Positions 35,744 to 50,548 of a stretch of DNA of 64,000 nucleotides are shown piece by piece. Every line of letters begins with the position of its first letter. The first letter of the stretch is position 1. The stretch comes from Chrysomallon squamiferum (Eukaryota > Animalia > Mollusca), in the NCBI GenBank assembly GCA_012295275.1, contig CM022676.1, positions 16,926,001-16,990,000 on the forward strand, read 5' to 3'. Both the position numbers and the translations under genes were made by a program. The notes beneath the pieces were generated by a model. That model worked only from the letters and a program-made list of their open reading frames with translations, did not search any database and was not told the origin of the DNA.

Positions 35744-38700
35744 CAAGTATTTCTTTATTCTTGGTTTTACTTAAAGAAAAGTTCTTCAATAAAAGAAATA
35801 AATTATGTTTAGAAAATTCCTCTGATGTTACGTTATAGTTATTCTTAGACTCATAACTGAAAGGAGTTTTAACATTGAAATAGATGGTGGGATGAATTAC
35901 TTCAATATTAAGACCAGGATTAAGTATGTAGTCAGCATCGTCTGAAGGTATAGGCACAATGGGCGTTGTGTATGGGGACCCCTGGTCAAGTAACACGTGC
36001 AGCCGTATGCGTGTATGTACGAGTATGTACGAGTCCCAGTATGTATGCTGTCAGTGTATGCGTGTATGTACGAGTCCCAGTGCTTTCCTTCATCCGGAGC
36101 CGATGACGCTGAGAAGATGATCAACGAAAATATCTAGCGACACTGAGACACGTATAGATGAATTGTGTCTGTTCGCAGCAAAATGTTTAATGCACTTTAA
36201 AATGTTCTTCTTTTCCATGCATCTTTTACGAAACACTTGAAGTTCTGAACATTAAGTTTATGCAGACTTACCCGTGTTACTCAGTATCGAGCGCTCGATT
36301 TCAATCTACCACAAGGGAGGTAACCCATATTAATTATTGAATGCGGAAGTTATACCTTAAGTGCTATTTTGATCGGTTTGCTTGTCACGTTGCATTTAAA
36401 TCGATCTAATACTTATGATTTCAGAAACAAAATTCCTGACTTTGTCAGCCACGTCATCAAAGTAAGTATATTAAATGTTCTTGTTACATATGGTTATTCT
36501 TCTGTCTGTCGTGTATACATTTTTTGCTAATAACAGGTTACTTGTAGCGATCCTCGCCTGAACTTACTAATTAATATGAATCTTAATAGTAAGTTCTTAA
36601 CTATCTGTTAAACTAAGTAAGCCAAGAACATAAACAACAAACCAGCGAATAACCTTCGGCCAGATTTAACAGTTATTCACATTAGAACTTTTCGTGTAAC
36701 CGTTTAAAATTAATTTGCGAATATTTAATTTTTTTAATTTATATTTTTTGTAGCTTTGTATATACATTTATGAAATTACAGTGTGTTTGTGTGTTTGTGC
36801 GTGTGTGTTGTTTTTATATAAAATGAAACACTTATAAATATTTGATTTCTAAAATTATTCATGCATCAGTGTTTACTTGAAATTAACTTTGTTTGATATA
36901 TCTATCTACTTATCTGTATTTTCGCATGCATACATACATATAAGGAATACCAGTAATACATTTCTCTATTAAAAAAAACAGCTAAACAAGCTATAGACTA
37001 TGCCAGTACTTACTTATAGTAATATCAATAATTAAAGTCTTCTGTAATTTCACTGATCACTTATCCATCTGTCTGTATATATGTGTAATATATAGATATG
37101 CATACACACATGACTGTAAATATATATGCATAAATATAGCTATGTGTCTACATGTATATGTACACTTGTAAGCACACACATATCTGTTGATGTATGTGTA
37201 ATGCATAAATGGATATGTATACACAGATTATCTGTGTATAGATGTCTGTATGTATATATATATATATATATAGACACACACACACAACACACACATAGTA
37301 TTTGTGTTTATAGATATATGTATGTATAATATATACACTATCGACTATCTGTGTGTTTGTATGTGTGTGTGTCTGTATATAGCTGTATGTGTAATTTATA
37401 TACATCACAGTGTCCATACCTGGTAAGGAGCTTTAAAAATAAACCGACAGCAATCTCTATGAAACAATAATTGCATCCATGCACTAGAAACATAAACACA
37501 ACTCATGTTAATGTATACATTATACCCTATCAGCATAAGAACAGACAATGGCTTACCATACTCTTACATAAAGACAATGTCATTTGAAAACACTGCTTTC
37601 CTGCCTGACTATTGGCTATCACGTCTGTTTTCTTCTGACTACGAAATACCAGTCCTTTTAAAGCAAATCCATCACGTTGAAAAATTAGTTGTAAACGTAA
37701 AATGTTGTGTGACAGAAAACAAATTAATAAAATAAATTGTTAACATAATCTGAGTTGAAAAATCAACACCATACATTATGAGTTACAAACATCTTAGAAT
37801 TATTTTCATTACATTTACACATATATATTTGTGTGTGTGTCTGTATTTAGCTGTACATATTTGTAAATTTAGTTAAAAAACTGAATAAAGTTTAAGTAAC
37901 CTGTATATTGCTGAGGTTGTATTAATTTACAATACAATGACACAATATTTAATATATGTAAAGTAGATGATACCACACTTTGATGTAAACGTAATTTACA
38001 CGTAAATTAAATAACAACTCACTGAGCTGTCTCTACTTAGGAAACAACTGCGAAAACAAGAAAACTCAAATATCTGAGTGGTGTAACTGAATAAATGCTG
38101 GTTATATTTGATAATTTATGTCTAACAACAGACCATGTTCCTTCAAATTTGTCAATATTTGTTTGTTATCTATCAGCAGTAAATTTATTATATTCCACTT
38201 TCGATAACAAAATCACTACATAAATTAACAACAGGAAGATGGTGAAACAGTAGGTGCATCCCACATTCTGGCTGCTGTCAGTTCAAATATTCAAAATTAG
38301 TTTATATTAAAATTTGCAGTTTTATTTCTTAGAACAAATTTTAATGTTTCTGTTTATTTCTTTTAAGACTGTTTTAGTTCATGCAGTCAAAGGTTCTAAT
38401 GTTTTTGGTTGTCCAGATCATCTGATGTGTGTATGCATAGTAAATGAAAAGAAATATTTAAAACAAGGAAAAACAAAAATAAATATTTATGTAATAATTA
38501 TTATAGTAGCAATATAGAGCTCTGCTGTATTTAAGAAATAACATTTACCGAGTACAGGTTTCAAAACTTTGATATATCAGGAAAGTGTATTTACTAGTTT
38601 GAGATATCAATATGTCTGCCTCTGTGACTACCTATTTATTTATTGATCAGTTTATCGATCTGTTTCTACATCTACATATCTGTATCTGCAGATAATGACA

Positions 38701-39904
38701 AGAATGTACTACTGAGTGTGTGGGTAAATGTAGGTGCAGATATAGTATTAAACATGTAAACACATGTTGTTTGTTTTTAAATAAACACTTTTAAACATTT
38801 TTGTCCACAGATTCTTCACTTCTACAGATGAACTCATTCAGTAAAGTATGCAACTGCAGACATGTCAGTCTTGTTATCATGGTAACAGGGTGTTCTGCCT
38901 CGTTTTCATTTTTGTCTTTCTCCCTGTTGTGATATGCACCCAGACACTGACACTGACTTTATTTACTTATCACAATCATTAATACATATTTATTTACTAG
39001 CTGTCGTTGTTTTATCTTTTGTTTATTTCATAAAACTACATAATCTTTGGCTTTCTCTCGGTCTCTTTGCTTTTTCTGTAGACACTTTTGTTCTCTAAAC
39101 ATACTTTCCCGAAGACAACTGGTAATGTCGACTAACAATGGACAGCCTTTCTCTCAGATACATGAAAAGGAAATGTTAGGCTAAACAAAAGTCATTATAA
39201 GAGACTGATGTTGATGCACTGATTGTGTTCTATCACTTTCTAAGCGTGAATAATTTTATTACATTCACACGAAATATCTATTCTCAGCACGACACTAAAA
39301 ATACTCTCTCTGTGTTTGTCTTTAAAATAAAGCAAATCTCACATTGATTATACTAGTAAAGCGAATACTGTCCTCCATTGTCAGTAAAAGTAGAACCACA
39401 GTTGGTAGAAACAACCTTTACAGCGGACTTTCTTCTGAATTTATTATTCCTTATTGATATATCTTAATAACCTGTTTTTAAAAGTTTATAATCTAATCTT
39501 CATTGTTTAATGTGTCAAATCCTCAGTCAAGCAGTCTGTTTTTTGTTTTTATTCAATTGAGATGACAACTTGTCTTGTCCTTCACCTGTCAGACTTCAAA
39601 TAAAGTCAAGAGGATGAGTTATGCCGAGGCCTTCACAGAATACAAAAAGTGTCAAGAGGTATGAAGCGAATGCAGTCAAAGAAAATGTTGAGGTGCACAC
39701 TTGAAAGATATTACATATATGTGACTAATTAGTATTAAACAATATTAAATACATCATGAATATGGGGGCCAGAGTTACTATTTCCAGTACTACTATTATT
39801 ACTAGCCCTTCTATTTCCAGCACTACTCTTACTATTACTATTTCCAGTACTACTGTTATTACGTTTATCTAACTTATCTTGATGTTCCCCTTAATTTATC
39901 TTAA

Positions 39905-40029
39905 TTACCTGATGACCGACATCACCTGGAACGAGAAAGGAAAGGTCAGTTATCCAACCGGAGCAAGGATTTGAACTCCAAGCAGCGAGTGTAGCGACCG
40001 TGAACGCTAACCACGACACCATTCGATCA
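39905..40029 (-). mobile_element. tRNA-derived SINE head
   Basis: On the - strand: A-box-like TGGTGTCGTGG (40021-40011) and B box GTTCAAATCC (39976-39967); no complete cloverleaf. Confidence 0.55.
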
Positions 40030-40299
40030 GTGATGACCACCATACGAAAAGAACTTCTAGTCAATCCTGCGATCGATGTTGTGCAGTCGATTTGGAGTTA
40101 CCTCCCAACATGGCGATTATCTGTAGATAATGGTAGTAATAATAGTTGTGGAAATATTTGTGGAAATAGAAGGGCTAGTGATAATAGTAATAATTGTACT
40201 GGAAATAATAGAGCTAGTAATACTAGTAATAGTGGAAATATTAGAGCTATTAATAATAGTAGTACTGAAAAACGTTCTGCTATTAGATTTGTTAGTGTC

Positions 40300-40755
40300 C
40301 ATAGTTGTTTGGATAATAATAATTTAATTTTTTCACGCAGGACTCGAAACCAAATCAGTATCTTTACGTGCACATCCAACTACAGATGATTGTAAAATCG
40401 TGAATGGTTCAATCATCCAATACGATTTACCTGTTGTGGATTCTCCAATCAAGCAGAAACAGGAACGTTCAATATCACATTTTCGAAGAATGGATACTAT
40501 TTTCCGTGTAAATTTGATACCATCAATTTGATCGTGACTAAACCAATATAGAAAATCTATCATGCTAGCTTCAGGTTCAGCCAAATCTAAATCATTTGGA
40601 GGTTCCCATGTTCTCAAATAGTCAATAATGGACACTTTCGGATCTACTTTAGAATTCACAATTTCAAGTTGTAACTTCAAAACTCAGTGAAATGAAATCT
40701 GACTCATGATAAAAGTGAACCAACCAAGTGGTTGATTTTCTCCAGGTATTGTACA
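40300..40755 (-). mobile_element. NS1: Endogenous parvovirus-like NS1 fragment (SF3 helicase Walker A region), inverted copy
   Basis: RSCFCLIGESTTGKSYWMIEPFTILQSSVVGC; 40416-40755 is a near-identical reverse complement of 43439-43778. Confidence 0.75.
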
Positions 40756-41033
40756 AATTTTATTTTTGTTTTTGTTTTTAATCAAAATCTACAATAAATT
40801 AAGAATAAATTCGAAACACCAAAGGGAAATAACTTAACCTTTGTATTCATGGAAGTGGTAAAGGAATTATCTCCCACTGTATCAGTAAACACATTTCTTG
40901 ACTGCTCTATGAAAAGGGTTAAACACGATGTAGTTGTTACACAACATTTACTATGAACAGTCATAATTAAAGAAGATAATTAAACAACAACAACATAATA
41001 ATAATAATAATAACAATATTAATAATAATAATA

Positions 41034-41065
<32 letters not shown>

Positions 41066-41085
41066 CATTATTATTACTGTCATTT

Positions 41086-41131
<46 letters not shown>

Positions 41132-41160
41132 TGTCATTATATTTATTATTATTATTATTG

Positions 41161-41191
<31 letters not shown>

Positions 41192-41499
41192 CCTGATTTA
41201 TTAAAAAAATTACTCTGTAAGGCCGTGTTCTATGATAATAAACTGATGGAGTAGAATAAACTATATGTAGTATACACCAATATGCAATACTGCTCTTGCC
41301 CTTTATACTTATAGAAGGTTGGTTTAGAAAATAATAATAATAATAAGAAACTAAGATGGATAGTGTTAAACACAAGGCGGAGATCTGGATACTCCACTTT
41401 TAAATATAGCCTCGTAATTGCATGCACGTTTCTTTGTGCGTATGTCTGTGCTTGTGTTTTTATGTGTATAATTTAGCACTGACTATTCTTATGTACGTC

Positions 41500-41662
41500 T
41501 ACTTAGCCTGTAGACAATATTCAGGGAGGCGCTATCACAGGTGGACAAAGTCCAATCATGATTTGTCCAACCTCCTCAGATGCCGCTGTCGAGACTCGAA
41601 CGTATGGCTCTCGTTCGCCCGCACTCCGAAGGGAGACAACGCTATCGTTGAGCCATCAAGCC
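41500..41662 (-). mobile_element. Possible tRNA-derived SINE head
   Basis: On the - strand: TGGCTCAACGAT (A-box-like, ~41655-41644) and GTTCGAGTCTC (B-box-like, 41601-41591) in a GC-richer island. Confidence 0.4.
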
Positions 41663-42234
41663 AAGCTTGAAAAGGTTGCTCAGTAGCCGAGGGTAATCAT
41701 CGCTTCACACGAAGGACACTGTTTTTTGTTTTCGAAATTTTCGTCTGCATCTAATTTTTTTCTCAAAACCTGCCAATGGCAAGTATGTGTCGTCTGCTAA
41801 TTTGTGTGTACGAGTGTGTTTGTGTGTGAGTGGGTTTTATCTATGTAAGTATTTATGCTTGAATATATATATATATGTGTGTGTGTTTATGTATATGTAT
41901 GTATGTATGTATGTATGCATGTATGTATGTATGCATGTATTTATATATGTATGTATGTATGTATGTATATCTGTCAGTGTGCTCGAGGATTTATTCATTG
42001 AAAAGTCAGAAGTATATCAGATCTAAATAATAAGCTTCCGTATGACATTTACACAACTAATATTTCTTCTATTTTGTTTCTGTTTTCAAACTATTTGCTT
42101 TAAATTTTCAATAGTCATGTGTTCTTCAAGAAATCTAGACTATAAAGAGAAGAACTCTTTCTCCATATAATTTGTGTTTTTCATTTAAATATAAAACAAA
42201 ACCGAGATGACAAATCTAAAAGCGATACAGTTGT

Positions 42235-42498
42235 AATAGTAGTAGTCATAGTGGTAGTACGATAGGTAATAGTAGTAGTAGCAGTAGCTGCAGCACTATT
42301 AACAGTGGTAGTAGTATTAGTAGTACTGGAAAGACTAGGGCTAGTAATAATAGTAATAGTAGTAGTAGCAGTAGTAGATGCAGTAGTGGTAGTAGTAGTA
42401 ATAGTAGTGATGGTAGTATTAGGAGTAGTAGTAGTTGTATTTGTAGTAGTAGAAACAGTAATAGTAGTAATAACAGTAGTAGTAGGAGTAGTAGTAGT
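42235..42498. repeat. Degenerate (AGT)n tract; related units at ~39775-39860 (inverted) and ~40130-40265
   Basis: Shared agtactggaaa...agggctagt(a/g)ataatagt variant unit. Confidence 0.8.
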
Positions 42499-42658
42499 CC
42501 ATGCATTAAATGGAACGGCTTACCTCAAGATGTGAGTAAAATCCCAGTTTTGGCTACTAAAGATTTCATCAGTCGACTGAAGCTGTTTTTGGTATCTGCA
42601 CCTCCAAAGAATGCACCTGCTGTATTTGAAAGTGGACCGAGGAAAACACTGCTGGTAA

Positions 42659-43778
42659 ATTCATCAACGTGAAGAAACGTCAAACGACTGTCCATCAAAC
42701 AATCGTCACATGCACATCGTATGCAGTAAGACCGGTAACGAAGCATCTGTCGGAAACGACCAGCAGTATCGTGGTATGAAGAAGTTTGCTGAGAAAGTTG
42801 GTCTGAGCGTTACCTCTGCCAAAGTCTGCTCTATTCCTGGTCTCCTTCGTTATCTACAACGAAACGATCAGTACATGTTTATGGGATCTTACGATTTAGC
42901 TCTTCCGGTTGAATATGGTGTGGCTTTGTCTAAAGCACCTGTGATTACGCTAGAACAAACTCTAGAAAATATACTACCACCAGAAGAACGATAAAAAGAT
43001 TTAGAAGAAAAAGACGAATGGAGTAAATGGAGGAAGAACTTTCAGTCTGGTCGAGGAAAACCTGAGACAACTGCATCGGATATTCTTGCCCAGTACATCA
43101 CGTTGAAACTAGAGCATGAAGCGATTCAACAACAACACCGAGAAAAAACACCAGAACCTTTCTCAGAGGATGAAATTATTGTAGATGCATCAAGGAATAT
43201 CCTCTGAACGAAAATCGACAGCTCGATCTGCAGAACAAGTGATCAACGCTATCTATCACCAGAGAAGAGAAGAGCCGTGTAAGCTGCCGAACGAGAGACT
43301 GCTAACAAATTAAAAGTAAGTTCTAAAGGCATGAAAATGACAGAACTAGCTAGTAGATTAATGGTTGTTAGCGTGGCAACAACCAGAGAACAATTAATTA
43401 CTTGGGTTAGAAATTACAAACAAGAAGCAAATAAAATGTGTACAATACCTGGAGAAAATCAACCACTTGGTTGGTTCACTTTTATCATGAGTGAGATTTC
43501 ATTTCACAGAGTTTTGAAGTTACAACTTGAAATTGTGAATTCTAAAGTAGATCCGAAAGTGTCCATTATTGACTATTTGAGAACATGGGAACCTCCAAAT
43601 GATTTAGATTTGGCTGAACCTGAAGCTAGCATGATAGATTTTCTATATTGGTTTAGTCACGATCAAATTGATGGTATCAAATTTACACGGAAAATAGTAT
43701 CCATTCTTCGAAAATGTGATACTGAACGTTCCTGTTTCTGCTTGATTGGAGAATCCACAACAGGTAAATCGTATTGGA
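42659..43778 (+). mobile_element. NS1: Endogenous parvovirus/densovirus-like NS1 (HUH endonuclease + SF3 helicase), pseudogenised and truncated
   Basis: Single intronless frame with internal stops (~42992, ~43205, ~43279): HUH motif RHMHIVC, LLRYLQR (catalytic-Tyr-like), Walker A LIGESTTGKSYW. Confidence 0.75.
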
Positions 43779-44186
43779 ACAGTCGCCAAGCAAGGACGTA
43801 CTTTCTGACGCAGACGGACATTTTGAAACTTGAAGGTATTTTGTATTTTATTGTAATTTAATATATGCCGTACTATTATTACTTTGCTTAAATCAGATCA
43901 GACATATTGAACATGTAAACTATTTTGTCAAGGCTATATTTTTTTTTTGTAAATTGTCTTTAACGATTTTTATTTTTTTTATTTTTTTTCTACCTAACAC
44001 ACTCGTTTATGGTAAATATCGAAGAATATTTGATGATAACAACACCAACAATAATAAATAAAAAAAAAAAATACTCAGAAGAAATAAAAATAATAATGGT
44101 ATCGTCATTATAATAATAATAATTATTCTATTAGTAGTAGTAGTAGCAGTTGCAATAGCAGTAGTTGTAATACTATCGCCTAAATA

Positions 44187-44534
44187 CAGATACCGGACCA
44201 ATTATCGGGACTCCTTGGGGCCTGAGACATTCCGAATTTCTAGATTTTCAGGTTTTCTCGTGCCGATGCATCTAAGTTCGTAAGTATTTAGGCATAAACA
44301 TTTTATAATTTAAAAAAGAAAAACGAAATAAAGAAAACTGACGATGTACAACTGTGGTGACGCGACACGTAAACAATGCGGCGAGTGAATGAACACCATG
44401 CGGCTTGAAAGAGTAGTTCCAGTCTCGTGAGGAGAATACCCGCGCGCGCAAACTATGAAAATTGCGTCGGGAAAAAGTTCTGGTTTTCTGGTCTTTCGGG
44501 ATTTCACGACGCCGGATAACTGGTCCGGTATCTG
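44187..44534. mobile_element. Tc1/mariner-superfamily (pogo/Tigger-like) MITE, 348 bp
   Basis: TIRs CAGATACCGGACCA(a/g)TTATC(g/c)GG, flanked by TA on both sides; no coding capacity. Confidence 0.85.
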
Positions 44535-45465
44535 TAGAGTTCAATGTATCGTTTATAGTTTATGCTGTATCTGATTACTTCGTTTTACTTTGTGTCATTT
44601 TATTTATTTATTTATTTATAGATCCCTGATCTCTGTGATCAACACAAGAGTTAAACAGAGATATCTCGATTCTAAGAAATTATCGATCAGAAATTTTTTT
44701 CAGGGAAATAACTATTTTCACACTGCAATGTATTTTATATTGTGTTAATTTAATTCAATCTAATGTATTATTATTATTATTATTATTATTGTTATTATTA
44801 CTATTATTATTATTATTTATTTATTTATTTATTTGCTTGTGTTCATCTCAGTCTTTCGTTCTTTCTTCATTAGTTTCTTCCTGCTTATCTAACGTTCCTA
44901 TTGGAATATCACCCAGTGTATAATATGTTATTGTATTGTTTATTTTTATTTTTATTTTAAAATTTTTATGGCTGTTATTGATATACATATAATAAACAGT
45001 ATTACAGCGTGAGGCTTTTTAAAGGTATGGTACGTGCCAATAGAAGATGTGAAAATATTATCTCATATAATAGTATTATTTTTTATTTACGAGTTTGCTA
45101 GTTTGTTCGGTTTATTGGAAATAATTGGGTTGTCTATATCTTCTCTCTTGAAATGATCACAAATATAAATAATTTCATATGTTCATGGTTTATTTCTACA
45201 CTTATGGGCAGAGAGTTTGTTAACAATGAATTTGTCAGATCGTTGTAAATACCACCCGAGTATACCTTTGTCTTTCTTATATAGCAATGAGACGCTATTT
45301 TTATCTGAGCTACATTACAAACAAACGTCACGTGTTACCTTAACTTGATATCCTGGTCATGCAAGCATCGTCAGAGAAATAAAATAGGTACACGTATATT
45401 TAGTGCACTGTAAAATTTATTTCTTCTTCTTATTGTTGTTTTTGCTCTTGTTTATATTATTATTA

Positions 45466-45522
<57 letters not shown>

Positions 45523-46192
45523 CAGATTTTATAACTTACGTATAAACAATGCAATCTAGTAGTACTTAATCTATTCAATTGTTTTAATCTGTTTTAAAGA
45601 AGATTTATGTAAGATGAGTATACATATATCTCGTAGCACGATTTTTTATTACAAACGTGCATGATGTATATAAACTTCTCATTCCTTATTTATTAGTTTA
45701 CTGTCATTTTTTTTATTTATTCATATATTTATACTTTTTTATTTTTATTTATCTATTTATTTATTATTATTTTTTTTTTTTTTATATATGAAACATAATA
45801 TGTAGATACATTGTGTATGTATTTCCTGGTTGTTAGACATGAAAAAAAGAACTCTTGTTTGATTTATTTATCATTTTTTCTTACTAAGACTACCAAGTCT
45901 TTGTTTATTTATTTATGTATGAGATAGAAGTAAACGAAAAACAGAAAAATAAATTTGTACTTTTTATCATGAATGTTCACACTGTCTATTTTTGTATTTA
46001 ATTTGTGTTTAAAATGTAAACAGGTGAATTACAAAAATATAGAAATAAATGTATCATGTATTATTATTTACATTTTGCTATTTATTTATTTGTTTCTGTG
46101 TTACTTTTCTGCACACATTGAGTCATAGTATATGTATATGTTTGCGTATATATGTGTGCGTGTATGTACACACAAAAATAACATACATACAT

Positions 46193-46236
<44 letters not shown>

Positions 46237-47009
46237 ACACCGTGCACTAGTAGAAAAATAACCTTTGACAAACCGAGATTTGTGTATAAACTAGTGTAGC
46301 AGGAAATGACAAACCCTGTAAATCACAAACCCATCCTAATATACAACACACAACAGTAGTGATGCTGTTTTTAATTGCATCTCACTATAAACATTCCTTT
46401 TATATGTGGTTTTGATATGAACAACATATATTTCACGTTATAATTTTTTTTCGCACATATTTTTGCCCAAAATTAATTATGTTTTTGTTTAAGAACAGTT
46501 TCAAGTACAGTATGTCTGTTAAATAGCAACAAATAGTATTTCTTGCCGCCGCAACCTCAAAATTTGAGATTTTTCTAATTTGTTTTTAGCTGCAGCTTGA
46601 AAAAGCTCTAGTCCCATGATTGTGGTACACAACTCAAAAATAAAAAGAGCGACAGGCTGATTTGAAATTATTTACAGACAATCTTCCTTCATAAACAATA
46701 ATTAACTAAAGCACTGATAACACCTGTTGTAGTACTGAGAAACTGTATATAAACGTTTCTCTTCTGACTGAGATTCAAAGTCTATGCCAGTGGTGTGCCA
46801 GAAGATAGGATTAACAGGGATGCTATGCACTGTGCTATTCCACGTGGGGAGGGGACATTTTCTAGCAAATTACAAAGCCTGGGATGTGTGATTTTCAGGG
46901 GTTTGTAATTAACTGCTACACCGGCACATTTCAGTTTCCCTTCCAGCTACTGCTAATTTGTTCTGAACAAAACAGTGGCTAATCAGGATGCTGTCTACTT
47001 CAGATACTG

Positions 47010-47301
47010 GGTGTAAATTCCAGAACAAAATAACAATTGATATAATAATTAGCATTGTGAAAAACCACACACAGTTTTTCGAGTGCGATTACTTCTTAAA
47101 CGCTGACTGCAATTTACATGTAATTAATAACCGTGTGCTGACGTTTTGTCTCTGTTTAAATGTATATATATATATATATATATATATAAACATACACAGA
47201 AAGGTATCTACCCGTCACGTCTGTCTTGCACAATCAGAGCAGTATTCAATCTTTATTAAACATATCTACACACACGCACATACAAACACGCACTCACAAA
47301 C

Positions 47302-47368
<67 letters not shown>

Positions 47369-48650
47369 AAGAGAGACAGAGAGAGAGCGAGAGAGAGTTA
47401 TGCAAAGTCATAGATATAAACGCCTACTTTTTCGTAAATACAAATAAACCAATTCACGAAAACATAACACTTATATATAAAAACAAGGAACTTGCACAAG
47501 TGTGTGTGTGCGTGTGTGTGTATTAAACTTTACACCGTTTAAAAAAGGAGAAAAAACAAAGGTTAGACAAGTGTCTTACCAGATGCCGCGCGAAATGCTT
47601 ATCAAAGCAAGATCAAAGTTTGAAATTCTCTAAGGTGATCTTCTGTATTTCAAACGGAACCGCTGCCGCCGATTTTCTATCTTCATCACTGTGTATGTGT
47701 TCACATACACTAAAATGAGAATAGATATCATGTTTCATACATTAACTCAGCATATGTAAAACTAAAAAGAGCCCTTGGAAACATTGTACGACTTTTCTTT
47801 CATTATGTTAATATTGTTTTGGTTTCTCTAGATTTACACCGCTTCTCGATATCTTGAATGAATGTTTTGCCGAACCAGTCTATCTGGAAATCATGACTAT
47901 AAGAGCAACCTACAGCCTAGTATAAATAATACAAGTTATCGATTCGCTGGTTTTCATAATCTTCCAGTTCACTCGATCATATCGTGATGTTTTAAAACGA
48001 AACAGTACTCTTTCCCAATGTCCTTCTCTGAAATATCAATCAGTTTTAATAATAATAGTAATAATAATAATAGTGATACTAGTACACACACATACACACA
48101 TGCACACACACATACACTCACACATACACAAAGACCCCCCACACCCATACGTAAACACACACATTAATACGCTGCCGTCTCAGGAAAACGGACTTTAACT
48201 AACCCGGATTTCTATGTAAATTTTAGAACAAAATAACAATTTATATAGAAATGAGTATTGTCAACAGCTGCACTCAAAATACACAGAGAAAACAACAAAA
48301 TACCCAGAGACGTGTAAATACCAGTCATCTCTGTCATGCACAACAACATTATTCACTCATTCTTTAACATATCTACACACACACGCTAGCGCGTGCACAC
48401 AGGGACACACATTGAGAGAGTGAGAGAGATTTAAATACCCATTATCTCTGGTTAAGACGCAAAGACAAGTATTTATTCTTTTTTAAATATATCGATATAG
48501 ACGCAAGCACAGACGAACACACTCATACATGTTTAAAAATAGAGAGGCTAAGAAGTACAAAGTTAAAGAGATAAACAAAGCTCCTTTTTTAAATACAGAA
48601 AAACCAATTCATAAAACATAACATTTATCTATAAAGCAAGGTACTTCTAT
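47010..48650 (+). repeat. Diverged direct duplication (~47010-47490 and ~48214-48650)
   Basis: Shared tgtaaatt..agaacaaaataacaatt, catatctacacacac and aaaccaattca..aaaacataaca. Confidence 0.65.
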
Positions 48651-48794
48651 AATTGAAATAAATACTTGCTGATGGTGAGTTTAGAGAATAAATTACTTTT
48701 AGTAATAAATATTAGTACTGCTGTGTATATCAAATAGTCCAAAGACAGTCACACCTGAGGGAAATAAAAAGTAGTTTTTTGCTGATAACGGAAC

Positions 48795-49010
48795 AATGTT
48801 TTTCACATGTCATCAAACAGCACAAACAGTGATGTCACGTTCACATGGAACAACGAATCACGTGATCAGTATATAAGTAACAATAGTCAAAAACAGAGGT
48901 TTACAGGTAAGCATGGTTACATTTATCGGAATATTTTGATATTCGTGTCTCGCTTGTACCAGGATGGAGACGTGATTTTCTGTTCTGTAGTCAACACAAA
49001 CATCTCCAAT
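48795..49010 (+). pseudogene. Orphan decayed Ig (C2-set-like) exon
   Basis: FTC, frameshift, then SNSTNSDVTFTW...YRNILIFVSRLYQDGDVIFCSVVNT; truncated by a (CA)/(CT) tract. Confidence 0.6.
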
Positions 49011-49025
49011 TTTAAAACACACACA

Positions 49026-49131
<106 letters not shown>

Positions 49132-50148
49132 CTGCATTTTTGTTGATGTGTTATTTATATAGTGTGTGTGTGTATATATATATATATCTGTGTGTATATA
49201 TAGGTGTGTGGGTGTATACAGTAAAATGAGTGGCTTGTGTTACGGACTTTTGATTCGCAGAAGAATCTGCTGATTTTTTGTTATTAGGTGAGATCGGTGG
49301 AACGGTCGCTGTCCACTGAACGCACTGGATAACTAACTAGTCACACCCACATACACGCGCACACACGCATACACACACACGGACACACACAGAGGCACTC
49401 ACAGACACACACACACAGTGGACTCACTTGGGACCAGCGAGGTATGCCCTTTTAAACAGATCGCCGGTTTTTAAACATTTTATGAAAAATGTCATATTTC
49501 AAACTCCAGAACTCTACAGTTTTTCAGGATAATAGAATTTATGAATTGTTTTACGAAGAAAAGGGACTCAGTTTTATATCAGCACTTTTAATAGCTTGAA
49601 AATTATACGTTACTGAGTTGTTTTCTAAGTATTTCAATTTAACACACTTTGCTATTATCTTACATTTCTTACAATGGCGTTACCTTTTAATATAGTATCT
49701 CATTTCACACATACACACACACATACACAGACACACACATTGTTTGATAAATATAACATAACGTGAAGCTATTTACGAATGCGGGACAGAAAAGTAAAGA
49801 TCAAAATGACATAATGAAATCTTAGACTTTCGGTAACGGTTCAGGTATAAATGAGAATAGCCTCTGTGATTTAATTAATTAATAGCAATGAAAAACAGGA
49901 TGCAAATATGACATAATAATCGTATATATTTCATTAGTTGAATAATCTAAATACATACAGTTTGTTTCTATGCTTGAAAGAGAGACTGCACAAAAGACAG
50001 GTATGATGCAAACGTTTTAAGTGTCACGTTCATTAAAACTAATACAATATCACAAATACAGGCAAACTAGAAGTATAATTGTAAATTTAATACATTTGAT
50101 TATTTTAATAACTGTAATTAATCTAATCTCTCTCTTTCTCTCTCTCTT

Positions 50149-50234
<86 letters not shown>

Positions 50235-50495
50235 ATACACCTACATATATATGCGCATACGTGTGTGTGTGTGAAACAAGTCTGATTGAGTAAAATTATT
50301 ATCTTCTGTCAATATAACTAAATTGATTTCCCGATATTAATTATTATATGAAATGTGTTGATAAAGTCGAGCTGATTCGCCCTGTGTTTATCTACAGCTT
50401 TGTCAATAAATTTACAGAGAAGTGGACTGAATTTTATTTTAGCTTATTTAATAGCTTACAAAAATAAACTTAACTTATATTAAGAGATGTTGCCG

Positions 50496-50548
<53 letters not shown>

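Noticed and set aside
35727-35996. 89-aa minus-strand ORF, considered as a viral capsid fragment
   Set aside because: No motif I can support; partly antisense to the 3' UTR of the toxin-like gene
39960-40030. Possible tRNA gene
   Set aside because: A and B boxes present but no convincing acceptor or anticodon stems; treated as a SINE head
40000-40389. Asn/Ser-rich and Leu-rich ORFs
   Set aside because: Derived from a degenerate (AGT/AAT) minisatellite
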